Source: Octopus sinensis (taxonomy: Eukaryota). From it: DNA of 64,000 bases. Within the stretch, counting starts at the first letter, position 1. Each line of letters starts with the position of its first letter. The notes under the pieces are model-generated. The model made no database searches. It was not told the origin of the DNA and worked only from the letters and a program-made list of their open reading frames with translations. Below are positions 57,635 to 64,000 of this stretch, one piece after another. A program made the translations under genes and the position numbers. The DNA lies in assembly GCF_006345805.1 (NCBI RefSeq), contig NC_042998.1:142352001-142416000 (forward strand). Direction: 5' to 3'.

Positions 57635-58759
57635 TATATATGTATGTATATATACGGTTTTATAAATGTATATATATATGTTAACTTTACACAGTCAATT
57701 GAATAATGTGTGGTAGAAAATACTCATAAATATTTACTTCTAGAAAGACGATTGGATGATTTGTGTTGTAAGAGAAGTGCTATCAAAATCTGCCTAGAAG
57801 AAAGAGATAAGGCCATTTTGTGATTCTTCAACATAGACGGCATTCGTATGAAATTAGCTCAATGATAGTTACTCCCCAATGTCGTGAAAATCCAACAGGC
57901 CATCATTCGAATGAAGTCGCAAACAAAATATTTTTAAAAAATAACTCAATTGCTTAAGTGGAGTAAATATCAAAAAGTTATAGTTCCAGTATACAGCATT
58001 CTATCACGTGAAGTTTCATGCCTCTAATTTTGAATATTTCTGAGCAAGAGAATGACGTACGTTCGGGCTGTAACGCTATATATATAATATATATATATAT
58101 ATGTGTGTGTGTATGTGTGGGTGTATGTGTGTGTGTATGTGTGTGTTTGTGTGTATACCTATATATATATACATACATATATATATACACATATATATAT
58201 AATACATATATATATATGCACACACACATATATAAGTATATATACATATTCATATATATGTATATATATATCTACATACACACACATGCATATATATATA
58301 TATAATGTATGTATGTATATATTATATATATATATATAATTCTTTAAATTCTTTAAAATGTTTCCGTTTCAAGGCTGTGATAATGCTGGGACACCGCCGA
58401 AAATACATTCATTCACATTTTGTGTTTCCAGCAACTTAATTATGTAAGCATAAGCAATATCTCATAATGTGTCTGTGTTAGTAAACGTTACAAACCTGTG
58501 GTGCTTCATCCAGGAGAATCCTCTTTAAAAATGTACCGCGTGAGTAGTTTCAGAGGTGATGAAGTGTGTAGACTGAAGAACGGGAATGACGGCAAAATAT
58601 CTATAACTGCTGCTCTCTTTCACTTCGGAGATGATTTCGTTTCGCCTATGTTCGAAATTTGCTGTGCTTTTTAACACGATACGTCAAGCCTGGACGAAAT
58701 GCCACAACTTTGAAGCGTTTACAAATGCACGTAAATTAAATATATGATAATGTGTATAT

Positions 58760-59101
58760 ATGGAGGAGACCCCCTTCGGTCATGAATGACTATGGGATTG
58801 CACCTAGAAAGTTCCCCTCCAAGGCACAAGTCTGGGCAAGGTTGTTTGTGGAAGGCCAGCAGTCGCCCATGCATACCAGCCTCCCCTCTCAACACCACTG
58901 ATGTTATCCAATGGAAAGGCAAAGGCCGATACAGCTTGGCACCAGTGATGTCACCACTCATTTCTACAGCTGAGTTAACTAGAGCAACGTGAAATACAGT
59001 GTCTTGCTCAAGAACACAACATGCAGCCCGGTCCGGGAATCGAACTCACAACCTCACGATCGTTAGCTCGACGCTATAACCACTGAGCCATGCGCCTTCA
59101 C
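58760..59101 (-). mobile_element. tRNA-derived SINE, family C head with a different tail
   Basis: Minus strand gaaggcgcatggctcagtggttatagcg..gagttcgattcccggaccgggctgc..gttgtgttcttgagcaagacac; 3' part unlike that of 37992-38230. Confidence 0.8.
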
Positions 59102-59152
59102 TGTATTTATATAATATATATATATATATATAATATATATATATATATATAG

Positions 59153-59183
<31 letters not shown>

Positions 59184-59259
59184 ATATATATATAATATAA
59201 ATATTATTATATATTATATAATATATACTATATATATATATAATATATATAATATATAT

Positions 59260-59315
<56 letters not shown>

Positions 59316-59318
<3 letters not shown>

Positions 59319-59830
59319 GGTAAAAAAATACAAACTGGGACAGGAACGCAAAATATTTAGAAGACGATACAAAAAACAACGGACGGGACATTCGAAGCCT
59401 TCAATCTTCAGTCAGGAACCGATCATCTTCGCAATTTCGGCTGATTAATCTTGAGATTGCTCCGATCTGGCCAACCCCAAGGAAAATCTAAGCCAAGTGC
59501 ATTAGATTCCTTGGAAGAAAACCTCGAATGTATACAAAACAAGGACGGAAAACAGGACGATGTTACACGAATAAAAATACAAAAATACGTAAAAACAATA
59601 ATGATAACACGAATAAGAATACAAAAGTACGTAAAAATAATAATGATAATAATAATAACAACAAAAACAGGACATCACAGACAAGCGTCTTTTCGACAGG
59701 ACGAGTAAATTTTTGAGCTGGTGTTAGAAAAAAGCCTTAGGGCTAGAGAGAGAAAAAAAATTGTGTCTTGCCGCAACGGCTGCTGACCACGAAAGGGCTA
59801 GCAATCGGTCGGCTAGTCACGTGTGAGAAG
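59316..59830. repeat. Dispersed repeat family E (pLTR-like); partial copy at 60068-60167, diverged relative at 63775-64000
   Basis: aaaaaatacaaactgggacaggaacgcaaaa..gggacattcgaagccttcaatcttcagtca repeated; gcaatttcggctg..tagattccttggaagaaa..cgaatgtatac..aaacaaggacggaaa shared with the window end. Confidence 0.75.
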
Positions 59831-60326
59831 AGAGAGGAAAAGAGGGACAGATGAAGAGAGAAAGAAGGGGAACAAGGAACAAAGGAGGAGGAGAAGAGAG
59901 AGAGAGAGTGAGAGAAAGAGTCGATCAAAGAGGAGTGCGAAGTGTGAAAGGCAGAGAAATGTAGGAGAGGGGGAAGAGAGACAGTGTTATAGAATCGTAC
60001 CAAGATAAGAATATGTACTTACATATTAGACCAAAAGGGGTACGGATGCCGCTATATATATGTATATGTAAAAAAAATACAAACTGGGACAGGAACGCAA
60101 AACATTTAAAAGACGATACAAAAAACACGGATGGGACATTCGAAGCCTTCAATCTTCAGTCAATATACTGGGGGGGGGGGTAAATGTGTGTGTATATTGT
60201 GTGTATATGTAGAAAAGGGTAGAAAATCGACTAAGGGTGTTCATTTTCACGCTACAGAGAGACAGACAAAATTGACATGTTTGTTTGTCAATTATATAAT
60301 TATTTTTTTCTTCTGTTTTCTTACAG

Positions 60327-60367
60327 TTGAAAAGCCCTTTGGGATGGAAAAACATCGAAGGCTGTCC
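60327..60367 (+). CDS. Candidate internal exon of an unidentified host gene
   Basis: Strong acceptor tttttttcttctgttttcttacag, open frame (x)EKPFGMEKHRRLS, donor-like GTAAGA at 60368; the frame stays open to 60538; not matched to any repeat I recognise. Confidence 0.35.
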
Positions 60368-60848
60368 GTAAGAGACGAACCCACATCTCCAGTTGACATG
60401 ACAGGGGTTCCACCGTTGGACTTTATCCAAAGGAGGTTTTCAACCCAATATTTACATGTTATAATTTATAGCTTTATGTATACTTTGAGATCATTGTTCT
60501 CAAAACGAATTATTTCACGTCCTCTCGAAAGTTTATAAATTCTTATGTGTGTGTGTTTGCTTTATCAACTATATATATACATACACATACGTATACATAT
60601 ACATATAGATATACATATACATATAAATATACATATGCATATAATTCCAAGAGAGTTAGAGGTGTGTGAATCAACCAACTAAGGGATAATATTTATCCAA
60701 TATACGGCTATAAACATATAAATTATATAATTGTTAATATCTGGTATATTACATATAGATATGTATATATATATATTTTATAATATATATATATATATAT
60801 ATATAGATATATATATCTATATATATATAATAGTATATATATATATAT

Positions 60849-60882
<34 letters not shown>

Positions 60883-61419
60883 TGTATGTATACCCAATAT
60901 AATACAGATGTGGTTTTTCATTGCATGGCAATACACTACTGACAGTATTAAATGGGTGAGGGTAAAAAGTTGTTAATTTACACGGCAATAAGAGAATGTA
61001 GGAGATCAAGAGGCGGTGTTCATCAACTTTTAGACGTTATATTATGTCTATATATTTTTTAAAGAAACAATTATAACAATATACATATATTATGTATATT
61101 ATTATACATACATATTATGCTTTACATATGTAATATATTATGCTTTACATATATAATATATGAAATATAACAATACCAATAATTACTAAAATATATAATG
61201 TCGAAAATAGAAAGTAGAATATATGTTCTACATTATATATATTAATAATTACTGGTATTTTTATATTTTTATATATTATATATGTGAAGTATATTATGTT
61301 ATACATGTACGTATATTGTTATAATTGTTTCTTTAAAAAATAAATAAATAGACATATGTCTAAATGTTGATGAATACCACTTCTTGATCCCCGCCATTTT
61401 CTTATTGCCGTATATATAC

Positions 61420-61453
<34 letters not shown>

Positions 61454-61814
61454 TGTGTGTGTGTTGTGTGTGTGTGTGTGCGTTTGTGTGTGTGTATGTA
61501 TGTATATATATATACATACATACATACATACAGACATATATATATACATGTATACACATATTTCTATATGTATATAATGCATATCTAAATGTATATGTAT
61601 GTATATGTATATACGTATATATATGTATGTATGTTTGTATATTTGTATGTATGTATGCATGCATGTATGCATGTATGTATTATGTATGTATGTATGCATG
61701 CATGCATGTCTGTATGTATTTATGTATGTATTATGTATGTATGTATGCATGTATGTATGTATGTATGTATGTATGTATGTATGTATGTATGTATGTATTT
61801 ATGTATGTATGTCG

Positions 61815-62042
61815 TTGTTGTGTCTAGGGAGAATCATTCTGCCAATATTATTAACACACGCTGTCATTTGTTTTGCTTTTGACAAACAAAAACTAAACAA
61901 ATGACTTACTGTTTAACCAATTTAAACAAACAATCGATTAATTAGCTGGGTACTTAACCAATTAACTAATAATAAAGGAGTGGAATTAAACCAGTGCGTG
62001 TGTTAATAATATTGGTATAATGACTTTCCCTAGACACAGCAA
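61815..62042. mobile_element. MITE with 47-bp imperfect TIRs
   Basis: ttgttgtgtctagggagaatcattctgccaatattattaacacacgc matches the reverse complement of 61996-62042 with 5 mismatches; embedded in (TATG)n. Confidence 0.8.
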
Positions 62043-62052
62043 TATATATATG

Positions 62053-62086
<34 letters not shown>

Positions 62087-62432
62087 TGTATGTATGTATG
62101 TGTTTATGTATGTATGTATGTATGTATATATGTATGTATGTATGTATGCATGTGTATGTATGTATGTATGTATGTATGTATGTATGTATATATAGACACA
62201 GCAATATATATGTATATATCTGTATGTATGTATACATATATAGAAATAACTTTCTATTACTTCTAATATAGGATAAAATTTTTGTCAAAAAAATTCCATC
62301 AAAATGGCCAGCATATTAAATACTTTTAAAGGTGAAAATTATAACATATAAAATTATATAATGTTTATATATCTTTATATATACATACATATATATATGT
62401 ATATATATATATTTATATATATACTATATATA

Positions 62433-62470
<38 letters not shown>

Positions 62471-62550
62471 CTATATATATATATGTATGTAGATGTAGGT
62501 ATGTATGTATGTATGTATGTAATGTATGTATGTATGTATGTATGCATATA

Positions 62551-62833
62551 CAGTGGGGAAAATAAATATTCGTACATGTCAAAATTCTTTATTTAATTAA
62601 TTTCTAATGAACATAAATGGGATATACCAATACTATATTTGCATACACATTTATAAATTAAAAATATGCAAAAGAAACTAATAAATTAGTTACTGTAATT
62701 TATTAGTTTCTTTTGCATATTCTTAGTTTATGCATGTGTATGCAAATATAGTATTGGTATGTCCCATTTATGTTCATTAAAAATTAAATAAATAAAGAAT
62801 TTTGACATATACGAATATTTATTTCCCCCACTG
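62551..62833. mobile_element. Tc1-type fold-back MITE (283 bp, almost entirely palindromic)
   Basis: TA-cagtggggaaaataaatattcgta ... tacgaatatttatttcccccactg-TA; the arms pair up to a loop of about 7 nt near 62690. Confidence 0.9.
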
Positions 62834-62913
62834 TATATATATATATATATATATATAAGGATGAAAAGGAACACACGAGTTGATATATATGAAAAAACAA
62901 GTCAAGAACATTT

Positions 62914-62951
62914 CAGTACCGGTTTCAGTCATGTTGAGACCTTTTCAACTG
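62914..62951 (-). ncRNA. Hammerhead fold with U3-A8 variant core
   Basis: Minus strand CAG UUGAAAA GGUC-UCAACAU-GACU GAAA CCGG UA/CUG. Confidence 0.65.
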
Positions 62952-62993
62952 TAACGATTAAATAATTAAATTTAGAAAAATTAAAAATCGTTA

Positions 62994-63031
62994 CAGTTGA
63001 AAAGGTCTCAAAATGACTGAAACCGGTACTG
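62994..63031 (+). ncRNA. Hammerhead fold with U3-A8 variant core
   Basis: CAG UUGAAAA GGUC-UCAAAAU-GACU GAAA CCGG UA/CUG. Confidence 0.65.
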
Positions 63032-63083
63032 AAATGTTCTTTATAAAATTATTTTAGCATTTTCTATCTTGACTTGTTTTTTC

Positions 63084-63154
<71 letters not shown>

Positions 63155-63632
63155 GTGTGTGTGCCTGTCTGCCTGTCTGTATGAGTTAGACGTTAATAAA
63201 CCATCTAAGGGATATTAAATATCCAATATACTACTGGATGTGTACCTACGTATTTTTAACCAAGTGCTTACTATTGCATGGCAATATTGCAATTGAATAC
63301 TAGATATGGGTCTTTACTGGCTGATATTTGTCGATTTTATATCCTCCCCATTTTCTTCTTTGCCTATATATATATATATTTCTTCTTTTTATCTTTTTAT
63401 TTCTTCCACTCATTAGACCGCAGCCATATTGAAGAATTTTTTTATCGAATGTACCGATTCCGTACAACTATTTTAAGCCTGGTATTTATTCTATCGGTCT
63501 TTTGCCGAACCGCAAAATCACGGAGACGTAAACCACACCAGCACCGGTTTTCGAACAGTGGTGGGAACAAATACAGACACGAAAATACACACCCATATAC
63601 ATATATATATATATATATAATATCTATATATA

Positions 63633-63667
<35 letters not shown>

Positions 63668-64000
63668 AATATGTATATATATAAATATATTTATATATAT
63701 AACACACAGACACACACACACACACACAACATTATATATATATATATTATATATATATATATATATATATCTAATACAAATATGGGTCAAAAAGCAAATC
63801 ATCCAGACAGACGATACAAAGAAACAAAGACGGGTCATTCGGAGTTTTCTTTCCTCGGTCGAGTTCCAGATTATCTTTGCAATTTCGGCTGGTTATACTC
63901 GAGACTGCTCAAATCTGGCCAGCTCCAAGAAAAAAATAAGCTAAGAGCACTAGATTCCTTGGAAGAAAGCAGCGAATGTATACGAAAACAAGGACGGAAA

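Larger units (their letters stand above)
62855..63090. mobile_element. Head-to-head inverted pair of Penelope pLTR ends
   Basis: 62884-62959 is the reverse complement of 62986-63090 apart from an indel of about 29 bp; both match 24025-24190. Confidence 0.85.

Noticed and set aside
58430-58545. Putative microexons (ttccag-12 nt-gtaagc; atccag-26 nt-gtgagt)
   Set aside because: Such short splice-like matches are expected by chance in 64 kb and cannot be supported without RNA data.
60327-60345. EKPFG resembling the G6PD/H6PD motif
   Set aside because: Only five residues match and the downstream sequence does not follow G6PD; no gene symbol assigned.

Overview
AT-rich, microsatellite-dense animal genomic DNA with no intact protein-coding gene. 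The repeat families look like those of a coleoid cephalopod, most likely Octopus; this is inferred from SINE and microsatellite content, not from a database hit. The window is a transposon graveyard. It holds three recurring tRNA-headed SINE families (called A, B, C here) and decayed LINEs: Tx1/L1, CR1-like, RTE, HERO and two other REL-endonuclease types. It also holds Penelope-like elements (GIY-YIG), DNA transposon remnants (mariner x2, DD37D/maT-type x3, FLYWCH-MULE, Tigger, hAT x2), fold-back MITEs and one 100-N gap. Almost all ORF-track entries are microsatellite artefacts. The most interesting signal is RNA structure. At least five distinct families of minimal type-I hammerhead-ribozyme folds sit in Penelope-type terminal repeats. 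One family, seen in three copies and linked to a GIY-YIG ORF, carries a compensatory U3-A8 core (UUGAAAA) instead of C3-G8. Another sits in a 354-bp retrozyme-like repeat unit. A Tx1-like LINE is embedded in (GATA)n and appears to share its 3' end with a SINE subfamily. One weak candidate host exon lies at about 60.3 kb. All family assignments rest on motif recognition by eye, and many coordinates are approximate.
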